A DNA stretch of 64,000 nt from a virus. Every line of letters begins with the position of its first letter. The stretch's first letter is position 1. Under the pieces are notes generated by a model. It saw only the letters and a list, made by a program, of their open reading frames with translations, did not search any database and was not told where the DNA came from. Of the stretch, positions 45,463 to 60,400 are shown in pieces. The stretch spans positions 1 through 64,000 of the IMG/VR virus record IMGVR_UViG_3300030107_003448; one strand, written 5' to 3'. A program made the position numbers and the translations under genes.

Positions 45463-48400
45463 ATGGTAGTAGTATCAAAGGCAGGGCACGCTCTTGTATT
45501 AAATGGTATCAGTGATGGTATTATTATCCCAGATTCTCATTTTTCTCATACAGGTATTCAAAGTGAAAGAGGGGATTTTTCTGGCCCTAGTATAGATAAT
45601 GTTGCTTTAAACACACAATCAGATACAACTGGTATAGGTAGATTACATACTTTAACTATTGAAGCATGGGTAAAACCAGATTGCGGTGGAGTGGTTCTTA
45701 GTAAAGATGGTTTGTTTGAATTAAAAGTAGGACAAGTAGGAGAACCCGGGCCTGCTGTTTTAACTGCTCATATGAATAATCCACATCAAAATAAAACAAT
45801 TATCGTTGCTAGTGCTATTAAAAATACAGGCACCCCTAGATGGGAAGGTACAGTTTTTCCTCGGCATGGAGTTGATGTACACGGCTCTTACAATAGTGAT
45901 GCTTCTGCTACAATTGCTACTGGATTAAATATAGGACATAGGGAATTATTACATGTAGTCGGTCTTATCAGTAGCAATAAAGTTGCTTTATTTATTAATG
46001 GGACTTTAATGGCTCAAGAATTATTACCGACAGGAGATTTCATGCTTGATTTTTCTAGCAGTGATATATTTATCGGGGGTAAAGGAGGAGAATTTCGTGG
46101 AGCAATTGAATCTGTTCATTTATCAAGAGGGTTTGATGCTCAAATTCTTAAACCAGACCCCCCTATAATAAATAATAATACAATTGCTATTTGGAGATTT
46201 GAAGAACCTGCTGAAGTCCATAATACTGTTTATCAAAGTGGAGGGGAAACAGCAGCAGCCGATGGTAGCACGAAAACTGTTTCATTGTCAACTGCTGATG
46301 CTCAATCTTTAATTGCTACAATTACAGGTAATGCATATGATTCTACTTCTCCTTCCCTTGATTTAACTGCTTCTCCTTACTCTAGTGGTAATTATAAAGT
46401 AATGGATTTAGTTAGCGCCCCTGCTAGTCCTACTACAATTTTAGTGCCTCATACTCCTTATAATATTCTATTTAACCCAGATGGTTTAAATTTGAGCACT
46501 AAAAAGCCTAATCAAAAACCCCCAGAACGTTTGCGTTTATTAGGAATAAATGGCTCTACTGGTGTAATTAGTGTTGAAAGTATTCATTTAGATTTTTCAA
46601 TAGCAGGGGCACGTAGAGGGTTATTGCATAGTAAAACAGCAAATGTAGATGACCATTTTGTATTAATTTCTGGAGATTTATTAATTGATGGTGGAACTGG
46701 TCAACCTTATCAGCCCCCTCATTATGGTTCACAAGTTATTGATAGAACAGGACAAATGGTAATTGACGAAGGTAACTTTCAATACCATGGTTTAATTTAT
46801 TCTTCCAGAATGGCTACTACTACAACAGATAGTGATAATCCATATGCTGTCGTCTGGCCTTCTATAGATACAAAATTCCAAATGGGACATACTGGTAGAC
46901 ACACATTATCTATTCAAGAAGGACATCATTATTTACGACAATTACCAACACCGAATAATGAAATTATACACCAAAGCACAGACGCATCTGCTGATATTGC
47001 AGAAATTTATTTTGACGCATCCCACAAAGGATTAGAATCTGTTATACCTATTAATAGTAGATTAGATATTTATCGTGAAAGTCTAATATCGCCTGTTAGT
47101 AATATTATTAATTCTAGTTGGGCCTTTGGATTAGTCGATAATGGTAAAGCAGAAGGAAGTGGTCGAGAATTATTAGCCATAGGTGGAGTAGGTGCTAAAA
47201 CTGGAATAGGGCAGACGATATTTGACTATACTCCATTTTTATTGAAAGGTCCTATTGAAGCGCCATCGATGTCGCACGATTTTACTAATTATCGTAAACA
47301 TCATTTGCGACCAATTACTAAAAGTAGAATTGCTATTTTATCTGTACCTTCTTTAAATGATGCCTCTTTTGTAGGTGCAGGAAATCAAATAGCGCCTTTT
47401 GTTCAAATTCATTATAATGCTGTAGATATAACTGGACAAAGCGTAGGCTGTAAAGATAGTGGAGTAGAAATTGATAATGGTGGTGGATATACCGCAGGTA
47501 CTGCAACTTCTATGCAAGTATCTACTGTGGATATTAGAACAAAATTTGTAGTAGGCGATGCCGTATTTACTTCAAACGGAGATTTACTTGGTGTGATTAC
47601 TGCTATACCAGATGGTACACATTTTACTATAGGAGCAGGGACTAATGTAGCAGTAGCAGATAATGATAATTTATTTTCAATTAATCCTTTTTTACTAATA
47701 GAAAAAACTGTGCCTTCTGCTGATACTGTTTTAAATTCTACTGGGCCTGTAACAGTATACGATGCTATTCTTAATGACTTAGCAGATGCTGCAAAAGATA
47801 CACAATTATATGCGCCGGGTGGTTTAATTACTTTAGATACTTCAAATTCAGATGGGCAGTTACCCGATGTTGAATTAGAAAGTTTATTTCAATCAGACCC
47901 AGAAGAAGGAATCCATAATGAAGACGAATTAAATGAATCTTTAACTCCTCAAAATTATAGTTTGGTTCATCCTAGTGATGTGGCGAAAGCAAATCCTCAA
48001 CTCATCAATGCAGAACATACTACTATTGCTCATGATGCTGTATTCCATAGACTAGTGATTAATCAACAAAATATAGATTTAATAAATCAGTTAACAGAAA
48101 GTGCAAATTATTTTAGAAGAAATTCAAGTATTACAGGTAGTGGCGCAGGCGGTTACGATATAGGCAACACTAGTGCTGCTAGTCATTTAAATGAATCTTT
48201 TGATATTATATCTGCTAGAAAAATAGATGGGATGGAAAGTCAGTCTAAGCAGTTTTTGATACACCCTAGCGATAGGGCTCGTTTTTCTCAATTAACTAAA
48301 TTAAATACTACAAATAGTCGCCCCGAAGAACCAAATATAGTTTCTATTCAATATTTAATGACAAAAACAAGAGCGACTTCTATATCTTCTCAAGAGGGGT

Positions 48401-51400
48401 CTTCTGATAGACAAGTAGAAATGATATGCACTGGATTAATAGGAGATGCTGGAGCAATAGGTATTGATGTATTAGGTAGTGGGGCACCAGATTCTCATGC
48501 TATTAAAGAAGTAATGCCGGGCGCACCTGTTGTAACTGTTACATTAGGAGGACCCGGGCAAGGTGCTGTGAATACTAAACCTACGTATGACCCATCACCA
48601 TTCACGAGACTGGGTTGGAATACTCGTAAAGATTGCGGGGCTATTATTACTAATATAGCAGCCACTGGAGGCACAGTAGCATGGACTGTCGCTCCTTTAA
48701 ATAACGCTTCTACAGATTTGGCCAGTTGGGGAACATATTGTTTCCCTAGGGTAGGAAGAATTTATTTAGAAAATGGAGCGCACGCTGCATATAATGCTAA
48801 ATCGGGTGCTTCTTTCACTATGGATGGCACTGCTTCTGGCCTAGCCTCATCTGGTAAATATATCAAACCAGATGGCACCCCTGCTGATGGATATGCTGAA
48901 TGGTTAGTTGCTTGTGGTTTAACTGCTAATTCTAAATGTAATTTCAAAGTATTTGTTGATGGTAGTTTTGGAGAAGATACTGTTTGTAATGACGGCTCTA
49001 CTATTAATGATAGAATGTTTCAAACTATGGACAGTGTCACCCATGATTATCAATTAGGGACACAATATGCTTCTACTCGTTCATTAGTAGAAATACCAAT
49101 ATTCCCAGATTTATTATTTACTAATACAGAAAGATGTATTAATCCGGGACCAGATAACTCATTAAAACTCCATATAGATGCTACATATACAGCACACAAT
49201 TGGGCACCAAGCCCTGTAGGAAGAAGATGTCCTTCTTATTCGCCTAGAGATAGAACTGCTTTTGGTGTTTCTGGGCATAAAATATCATTACAAAGTTCAC
49301 TCAAAGGCGCTCATATTACAGGCGACCCTTATCTAAATGGTGGTGATTTACGTTTACCAGTTTCTAATTACTCATTATTTCAAAATAGCACAACAACCCC
49401 TACTACATTAGGGGGTAAAAATCTCAGCACTCGTTACTTTAAAGCATTTTTAGCAAATGGAGAATGGGCTACTTATACGACATCTCATTCTGGTGGCTAT
49501 TTAATTTTAACAAATGGACCAAGCACCGATGTAGGTAAAGATATGTCGGATAATTTCTTAGAAACTGTTGAGCCCGGTATGAGTATTTTTCCGGGACCTT
49601 CTTTAATTAATGATAATCTTATGCCTATTAGAGACCACCCAACAGTAGCATCTGCTGCTTATGAAGGCAGGTCTTCGTATTATTATAATAGGTCTAACGT
49701 GCAAACCCAAGGCGGAAATATAGATTATGGTTTAAGGCAATATGTATCAGCAATCGAATTGAAAGCAGGCCCTCGTGAGAATCCTCATTTACCTAAAACC
49801 AAAAATAAAAGAGCACGCAGCACAGTAGTTTCGTGGACTGCGGGCAGTCATCTTTTGATATTAGATGATGCGTCTGATTTCCCGTTAGGTGGAACTACTC
49901 TATTATATTTGAATGGGGCTACTCATCAATTTCAATATAGAGTAGCATATATTGACACCAGTGGAAATGAGCAAACTGCTCATTATAAAGCCGAAGCCGT
50001 TACTGGAAATAATATTATTTTATCTTCTGGATTATATAGTGGAAGTTGGAATCCTCCTGTAGGCACAGAAATTTATGTTAAAGATTTCCATAATATTACA
50101 GCAAATAAATACCCCGAAGTAATAGAAGAAATACCATTGAGTAATGCTTGGCTTAATCCATATGCTGCTGGTGGTTTGAGAGAAGGAGATACTGTTTGGA
50201 TGAATATGCATTATACAAATCCGCACGCAGTTGAAGGATTGTTTTGTAAAAGCCATGGAGTATTCGATGAATCAAAAGTGCATACTATGTTTAATGGGGG
50301 CGAAGGTCTATTTACTACAACCCCAAGAAGCAGTATTCCTATGGAAAATTTCCTTATTGGTAATACATGTTTAGAAACAGCCAAAAATTTAGTGCAACAT
50401 ATTAACCAAACTGTAACTAAAAACTTTGAAACATTAGGAAGAAAGAAGACTTTTACTGATAATACTTGTGATACTAACCACACTTCTGGTTTATCTGATG
50501 GCACAACTACAAGCGTTAGGCATATCACACACACTGCTAATTCTAATATTGTAGCAGGTTTGTTGGTAAGCGGCACAGGCATCCCAGATGGGGCATATAT
50601 TACTGCAATTAACACTGCTACTTGTTTTACTATAAGTGCAGATACTAGTGCCACAAATACAAATACAACTCTTACTTTTACCACTCCTACACATGCTCCT
50701 GTTGCCTTTTTAGACCCATATCAAGCAACAGAAACATTTGCTCGTGTATTACTTTATGATGTATCGCAAGATAGAGAATTTATCGCTATGCAAGATTTAC
50801 ATATGCAAGTGCAAACATCTCCTCAAACACCTAAACTTGGCAGCCCTGCTAGTTACTTAGTATCAGGGCCTGCTGCCTTTGATGGGACTCCAGTTAGTGC
50901 TAATTATAGCACAGAAATAGATGTTGCTAATGGTTTCCCGTCACAAGTTAAATCTCATTCTCCTACTGCTGCTTCTGAATATATAGAATCTGCATACACA
51001 CATAGTGCTCATTGGAACCAATATGCCCCTGTAGGTTTAAGCGCAGGATTTGAACATACAATCAATTCTTTTAGTTGTTTAGGAGATTTTGGTCATGCAA
51101 GAGTGAAAGAGTCTGCTTGTTGCCCCGATACTGCTTATTTGACACATGCGTATAGACAAAGCGGTGCTGCTGAGACTTCAGAAACAATTTATTCTACTAC
51201 TTTTGATACCCCAATGGGAACAAGAGTAATTCCTTCTTTTTTATGTTTGAAAGGAATTCGTAATGAAGCATTAGATTTATCTCAATATGCTGACACTAAG
51301 TTGCAATATTTACCTCAATGGACTCAAATGGATTTCGTAAGACGATTGACTGTCGACCTTGGTGAAATTGGGCTAAGAGAAGGAGTAACAGATATAGAAG

Positions 51401-54400
51401 CAGCCATAAATGAAGTAGTGCGCTTAATTAATCAAGCAGGAGCATTAAAAGGCAGAACACACGCTAGAAGACCTGCTAGTCAATATCCCGGTGAAACAGA
51501 TAGATTAGATATTGATAACGTTGGTCCTAACCCAGATGTATCTCATTCTGATTCTGATGCATCTGCTCCTCATTTATCTGCTGATTTCTCTGCAACAGGC
51601 TCTACTCATGACCCTGCTCCGTTTTGGGAAAATAGTATTAGTTTTGCAAGTCATGATAGAGGTTCTCATATGGGTTATGTAAGAGCCCATGTAGGTAGAG
51701 TTGTAGAAGATTCAGATGGAAATGAAGGCTATACTATAGTCATACACAGCACTATACCGGGAGCAAGTGGGCGTAATTTCTGTATATGGTTGGATAATTC
51801 TAAAGGACAATCCGCATATAAGCCTCAATTTTTAATTGGCCATGGTGGAAGATTCCGTAATTTCTGGTGTAGACCAGATGAAATGACTTTAGAAAACATG
51901 CACCCTGCTCCTATGCCTATCAATAAAGACGGGAGGCCCTTTGCTCCTATTACAACTCTTAAAGAAATATTACCACCAGAAGAATCGACTGATGAATATG
52001 TGAATAATTTGTATTTAGGTAAAGGAGTATTAAGCACAGCAGGGGCTTCTAGTGATGGTACAGAAAATGCCAATACTGTAGGTGTAACTGGTAATCACCA
52101 AAATACTGTATATGACGAATCTTATGAAACTCAAGGGACAGAATCTGTATTAGTAGAAGGACTGCGTGCAGGTACTCCTGCTTTGGCTCGTATCAATTTT
52201 GGAGGTATGGTCATGGCAGGTATTCCCGGTTGGTCACCTAAAGCGGGCCAGTGGGGTTGTGGCCGAACTGGTAATACCCGCTACCTAGCAGCATATGGTC
52301 AAACTACTGTTGGGGGTTTTAATTATGTTAAGTATAATTCAAGCACTAATGGACATGTTCCTAGCGATGATTATAAAGATGAAAATATCGGTAATGGTAA
52401 TTTATATGGAATTAAATTAACTGACCATTTAGGTAGAACTCATATTATTCGTTTTATTTATTCCCAATTTGAAGAATCTTTCACAAACGATTTAACAGAA
52501 TTACCCCCAACAATCGACCAAGAAATTTGTATTTGGTTTGACGATAGGGATGTAGGACAAGGCGGTTTTACAATTGGCCGACATATGTTAGGCGAAGGTG
52601 ATGTATGTGCTAAATCTGCTTTAAGTGTAAACGATGAGTTTGTAGGAAATAAATGGGGCCCTTACCCTTCTCCATTCGTAGGATTAGGAGTTACTGCTAG
52701 TACAGCATGGGATGCTGCCAATACCAAATTAACTGTAGTATTAGCGGCACCTTATGATACATCTAGTGCTTTAGGTGCTCACCCAGATATATTAGGATAT
52801 ATGGGATTCCCAGATTCTGGTGTCTTACAATATAACGGTAATAGTAAATCTGGTGTTACTTTATCTTATACATCTCGTACCCATAATAATGAAAACGGAC
52901 CACATGTATTTTATGGAGTGACAGGTAATGGTGCTTTGGCTCATAATCAAGCAGGTAATATTACTTCTCGTATAAATTGGAATACGTTATTAACAGACGA
53001 AATTATTGCTGCTGCTGTCGAATTTGCTATTAATATGGATGACCCTAATAGTATTAGTGTTACTAAAACTAGATTTGATTGCACAGAAATGTATGCTGCT
53101 GATGGTAAAAAATTAAAAGATTGGGGTTTAACTAAAAATTCTATACGAATAAGAGCGCATAGTAAAACAAGTAGAGTTACTCCTTTAAATTGTTTATTTG
53201 AAGCAACTACTGCAAAAGATTGGGGAATCCACGCTAGTACTATTTTAGCAGAACACGGCACTGCTGAAACTAGTGAAACACGTATACCGACAGGGTATTT
53301 ACCTGCCACTGTATTAAATTTAAAAACAAGATATTATGGAACTAATGCAAATACTGCTACACCTGTTGTAGTAGATAGTGCAAATAATGTTATCGATACT
53401 ACAGTATGGAAAGATAATTTACGTGGCACTCGTTTTATAGATACGCCCGGAGATTTAATCATACCTAGGATTGACAGCCCTTCTGTCGAAATTGATGGCA
53501 GTACACATAGCGCAGGCGAAGTGCAGACTACGAATGGGGATTCATTCTGGCATGTATTAAGACCTACATCAACTGGTGGATTTGGAGAAAGAAAACGTAT
53601 TTGGTGGAATGAAAAAGAATGGGCATTAGTTACTGGTTCTGTCCAGAGTGGGCCTCGTCATCAGTTCGATTGGCCTACTACAGCAGAACAAGCAATATCT
53701 GCTAACTGGGAAACCGAATTAACAGATTTAGGCACTAATGCCGCTTTGGTTTATACTCATACAAATATAGAACATGCTAACGAATTTGATGGACTAAGGT
53801 TAACAGGTAATACAGGTGGGGAGCCATTAGTATATTTCCGTGGAGCACGAGATAGTGTTGACCATGAGGTTCCACTATACTTTGGTGGTGGATTTAGTGG
53901 TGTAACATTAGATATTAATGATGGCACACAAAATGACTATAGTGATTTCTATACTCACCCATATGCTAATGGTCCAACAGGTAGCACAGGTTTACAAAAC
54001 ATAGGTGAAAAATCTACTTCTTATTGTTTGCTAGATGCACATGCTATGTTGGCTATGTTCCCCGGAACTCCTTATTTAGATGACCATAAAGGACAAAACA
54101 ATCCTCCATATTTTAATCAAAATTCTATTTTGAGTCATGATATGGCAGGAGGGGCTATGACTCATCCTGACGGAAATACTCGATATGGTGCTGTCGCAAG
54201 AGGTAGTAGAAGTGTTAGTAAATACGTCCCAGTTACAGTCCCTAGCCCTATAGTATTGCGGTTTTCACATCCACACGCTCGTTATCATCCTGCTTTATTT
54301 TCAGAAGGAGGCTATCAAGATTCAGATACTTATAGTATGTATGTGGTATTTGGTCCCGGACAATCTTTTCCTATGAATAATGCGGTTTCTACTGAACCCC

Positions 54401-57400
54401 AAGTAGGTATATTCCATGCTCTATCAGGTAATATGTGGTCTTCTACACCACCATATAGTGATTGGACAGGCGGCGGCACTCCTGAATCTACCTATTTACC
54501 TAATTTATTAGTTTGTGGAGGAGGAGACCATATAAGTATGGCAGGTTCTTTAGATGTATATTTACCTCCTAGTAATAATCAACAAAGAGGAAATTTAGCA
54601 GGGTGGAATTATGAAATGAATTGGGAGCCTGCTCAAGGCATGCCTAATCTTATTACAGAAATTAATTCTGCTACTTCTTCTATCCGCTATGGGTTTGACC
54701 AAGGGGCTAACGAAGGAAGATATTATGGTAATCATTTTAAAGCACCTACTACTAATTCAACTTCTCCACCATTTTCGCATCCATTCGATTCTCCTGCTCT
54801 TAATTCAGTTCCTGCGAGCACTTCTGTTATACGGACTAGTGGATTTAAATGGCATATGGATGGGGGTTATCATCCCGGTGGACATTGGCTTGATAATTGT
54901 GTATTGAAAAATACATATCAACCTATAGCCAATGCCCCTATTCCTAATAAATTCACTTCTGGAAGCAGTCCCGGTGACAAAGGCACCCCTTATCCTGCTG
55001 CTTTTAGAGTAGGCTCACTTTTAACAGCAGCATATATGAATAGTGATTCTGCACAAGCGGCAAGTGGAGATACTACTGGTAACGATGTAATTTTAATTGA
55101 TGCTACCCGTTGCCAAAACGCAGAAGAATTAGCCACAGTTATATCTTGCGCTATTAATGAATTTCCCGGAAAGGCAGGATTAAAATCATTAGGAGGTACA
55201 TTTTTACCTTCATTCCAAAATAGTCATAAACAAGATAAATATGGGTGGGTTCCACTTCTTGGAGAAAATGCTAGTTACACCGAAGGGACTTCTATACCTA
55301 ATGGTCATGTAACTATAACTAACCCTAATGGAGGAGGTTCGACTGTTATGCCTCCTATACCACGTTATGGTTGGATTAGAACTGTTAGAGGAGGAAACCA
55401 TGGTCCTATAGTCGGAGATTATAGTGCAGGGGCAACAGGAACTTTTGCTCCATATGTTGCTGTAGATTCTACTACTACAGCAGGAGACCTCAAATTTATT
55501 CTTGGAGCAAATGGTGGAGGGCATATGAAATTTTGTGACCCTATTAGCACAACAGCCACTCCTCCATATGTTACTGCCGCTACATTAAACGCTGAATTAG
55601 ACCATGGTGTATATGTTTGGTCTAAAACTGGTAATTGGATTTACAACAATGGTAGACCTACTGGTAGAATGTCTAAGAATGCAGATACTAGTAGTGCTAT
55701 CAACGCTAATAGCCAAGACCATATGTGTCATGTTCATTTTAATGGTCTCACTGATGCAATAGACCGCACTAGACCTATTGGGGCAATAGGCTGGCATGGA
55801 GAAAGATATTCTTATTTAAATAGTTTAATTTTAGATAACGGAGCGCCTGTAGCAGGCACTGCTGTATATTCAGCAGGATTAGGAGCATGGTATAGTGAGT
55901 TAGGTTTTTCTCCTTATGGTTCTATGACAACTTGTAATTCTATAGCAAGTAAAGTATCAAGAAATGATAATCAACAACTTTTCCCTGCACAATGTCCTAG
56001 TGGTTTAAGTTCTCGACATTTAATAGCCGTAACATATGAATCAGAAATGGCTATAGTAGCCAAGGCTATGCAAGATGGTCAAGTGTGTGGTGGAGATTGG
56101 TTGTATAAAGCACAAGCAGTTGGAACAGGTACAACTTCTGCTGTTACCCCTCCTAACACAACCGCAGGCACACGTAAATGGAGTCCTAATATTCAAAATC
56201 TTTCTCGATATACTGCTCCTGCTACAGGAGGACCTAATGTTGAGGCTCAATTCATTAAAGACCAAATCCAACCTTATCAAGCAGGAGTAATAACTGGTCT
56301 TACTATCACTAGTGGAGGAAGTGGGTATAGTGCTGGCACTGCTGATTTAACTGGTGGTTCTGGAAGTGGAGCATCTATTACTTATACAGTAAATTCTGGT
56401 GCTGTTAACGCTATCACGGCTATCGCATCCGCAGGGACAGGTTATCAGATAGGTGATGTGTTAACAGTCGGTGGCGGTGGAGGTAATGCTACAGTTACTG
56501 TAAGCGCTGGTACAGGTTATTGGTCTTCTGAAGTTACCACTACTGCTCATTTATTGCATCCTGTAATTAGTGCAGATGGTGGAGCATCTGAAGGAGTGTT
56601 ATCTACTCCTTGCGCTTCTCCTACAGGCGATTTATTTTGGGAAGAATCTACTGTTGTAGGTAATAGGTTTCATGTAGATGACAATAATTATCGAGTAAAA
56701 TGCACTGAAAATACTGATGCTAATTTTAATGCTGTCGAAGATGATACAGACCCTTGGGGATATTGGAAAGATAAATCAGCAGGGCGTAATTTCAATGTTG
56801 AACATATTGTTTGGAAAAGAATGGATGGCGGAAATCTTACTATGCCTGCTTCTAATGCTCGTGGTTTAGGAGCAGTGCCTTGGTTATGGAGAGGAACTCC
56901 CGGATATGCAGGTAGTTACAAAACAGGAGAGACCATTTATGGTAATTGTAGATTTAGTTTTGAAACTACTAATTCGGCAATGTTCCCAATTATACAAGCA
57001 CAAGAGTTAAGCCATCCTCAATTGGCTGAACAACATCCTTTTGAATTAAGAAATATTTTGATGATACCTAATGAAGATTTACAATTTGAATCTATGGAAG
57101 TAATAGATGATACAGGCCAAACCCACACAATAGAAGGTGGGTCTCCATTAGGTACAATTATTCGTGACTTTGAAAAAATTAGCGATAGAGGCTCAGAAGG
57201 TTTGTCTCCGTCTTTAGCAAATAGTGGATTAGCACCTAATATGAAAATTCAACTACCTCATCCAGATGCTATTCCGGGCAACATAGTAGTTCGTTCTGGA
57301 TTCGATAGAATACAATCATACCAAAATGAAACAATTGGTAGTGGAGGTATGATGCATCCTGCTCAACCAGAACAAGGGGTCAAAGACATGTTTGCAGAAC

Positions 57401-60400
57401 CAGATAGTGCACTTGGTCCAAGGACGTGGCCTACATGGGAAAATAAAGGATGGGAACATATTTCTCAAGATGCAGATGATGTTAGTATAGAAGCAGGTAA
57501 AACTAGATTATCTTTCCCAGACACCCATAGTCAAGGCTGGCCGAATCATACTAATGATAATCCTTTAGAAACAGCATATGAACAACACGATAGAACTCTA
57601 TATTTCCATATTACTAAAATGGGTCACACTAGTACAAGCAGAGAGCCTACTTGTATTAGCACCAGCACTGGTATGGTAGAAAGTCAAACTATTACTTATT
57701 CAAGTCATAATGCTTCTGCGGGCACATTAACTGCTAGTGCTACTATTAATGCTAATATATTCAAAGCAGAGACAGGAACTTCTGATAGTAGATATTTTGC
57801 TCGTGTAGAAGATAGCACAGGGCAAGGTGCTGTATTTTCTTTTACTAATACGAGCAGTGCTAATTTTACAGGTGTTAAATTTGAGCCAAACTTTGAAACA
57901 TTTATAGCAGGTAAAACAGGATTAACTATCAAGCCTTCTTATTATGTACCTGCTGGTTCTACTAGATTTTTTGCTGCTAGAAGATTAAGAGACCACTGTG
58001 AAATTTCTGGTAATAGTCCAGATATGAGAAAATTACCATGGCATACAATCATTAATGACGCTGCTGATGCGTTTTCTGCTATAATTGTACCAGAAACCAT
58101 GATGACTCCTATGCCTATTCCAAGAATGGGCCACCATTATGTGACACCTACTATGTCTTTTATGCCGGGGCATTTTACTCATCCGTTTTATGAAAATGCT
58201 TTTTCATTACAATTTGGTTGTAGCAATGCTAATGTTTCTCCTGAAGAAGACAAATATACACAAAGCGCTTTAGACCCAGACACAGGAGTACATCCTGTCA
58301 TTAATAATATATCTACACATAATCCTTTAGTTTGGTTTTCAACTCCTTCTAGTCCTTATCGTCCTAGTGATATACATGGAGGAGCATTTACATTACTTAC
58401 GGAAACTAAAGTAGCCTACGATGGATATGGAATTGCTGCTTCTAAAGGAGATGCAGGAACAGAAAATGCTACAGGCCGACATATATTATATTTAGAAGCG
58501 GCTTCGTCTTATAGTTTAAAATCACATTTCCCCGACCCTATGGAAGTAGGTGCATATCAAATCATAATTCAACCTAATGTGCACAAACAACAATTACAAG
58601 GGTTTCATAATAATCATGGCACAGCCACTAAAGGTCCTGATGAAGGAGGGACTAAAGTAGTAGAGTTAACTGGTCAACAAGTCAATTTGGTAGTAGGTAT
58701 TTCCCATGACCCGGGAGGCACTGTGAACCCAGATGGTAGTATAGCCTTATTGTTAGCAGAAGCAACCATGGCTGATACTCGTGGGTGTGAAATTTTTATC
58801 AACGAAGTCATGTTAGATTTCAGTCCAGATTCTGGAGAACAATTTACTAATATTCCTCCGTTGGGATTATACAATCCATTAGGTGTAAATGAAAATACAT
58901 CACCGCCTTTCTCAAGAAAGAGCCTTCCATATAGACCGGGAACTTTTGATAGGGCTACTCCGGGATATACTATTACCGTTCCTTGGTGGGCTATTTTACA
59001 TAGAGAAAGACCACCAGCGCCCGGCGCTTCTGCTAATACAACTGCTGGATTTAGGCATTTAGAATGGCATAAGCCAGATGATTATTATCAATTTTGTAGA
59101 GCGACATATGGGGCAATAGGAGCGCAGATTACTTTAGCGGGTTACCCTTCTTTATATGCAGATACATATGCCCCACATCAAAATTTACGTAGTTTAAATC
59201 CTCATTGTAAAGTATTGAGTGCTACATTAGATAGTGGTAGTGGTATTGGAGGAGTAGGCACAATCGTTGTCGACAATAATGAAACATTCCCAGTTTATCC
59301 ATATTATGGAGAAATATTAGAATACATAGATTACCTTGGAGTTAGACAACGTGCTACATATGCGACTAGAGATGGTCATTTAGGTTCTAATATAACTAAT
59401 GGTCCTGCTATATTCAAAAATGTAACTGCTCTTACTTTGGATTTTTGGCCTAATATAGTATCAGTCCCTAAAATGAAAGATGGTATTATTAAATTATCAA
59501 GACCTTATGATAATTTTGTTACAGGAGATATTTTCACAAAATCTACTAGCAGTGCTATTACTCGTGTATTACCTCAAACATTACATGGTACAAGAGATAC
59601 TAATAGTCTGCATATGGGAGATGCATATCTATGTTTATGGCACCCTAATTTAGGTAGACCATATACTTTTTATAGTGATAACACAAGTAGAAGTTTCCAA
59701 GTATATGCTGCGGTAGATGCTTCTGTAAATAAAAATCCATACAACGCTCCTCCAGAACATTTTGAAACTATACACTATCATGATTTCTTATACAGTATTA
59801 GTAAAGGTCCTTTCGGCTTCCATATGGGAGCAACTGACCCCGAAGGAGACGGTACATATGCTGAAATGAAAGGGCTGTTAACAGGTACTATTACGGCAGG
59901 TGGTAGTGGACATGCAGCCACAGATGTACTTACTTTAACCGCAGGGACTGGATTCTTAGGCACTTCTGCGACTGTTACAGTTTCTACCGTAAGCACAGGA
60001 GCAGTAACTGCGTTTGCTATAACTACAGCAGGGGCAGGATATTCAGTAGGTGACGTTTTATCACAAACAGCCACTACTGGTAGTGGTTCTAGTTTCCAAT
60101 TAACGATAACTGCTATAGGTTCATTTGATTCAACAAAAGTCCCTCAAGGAGATGCTACTAGACATTACACAGGTTTCTGGCCCGGAGGTAGTCGTGGTGG
60201 TCCGGGAGCAAGTAGATTAGATGGTTATGGATATATCAAAGCGGGGTGGGGAGACAATGATTTCGGTATGGATTGTAAACCTTATGCTTTAGATGGGGGT
60301 GTTGCTGGTGGTATTGCAAGAAGTACCCACGCTACTTTATTAGCAGCAGGCGATAATATACACGGTAGACAATTTTGTTTTGGATATAGATTTGCTGTAA

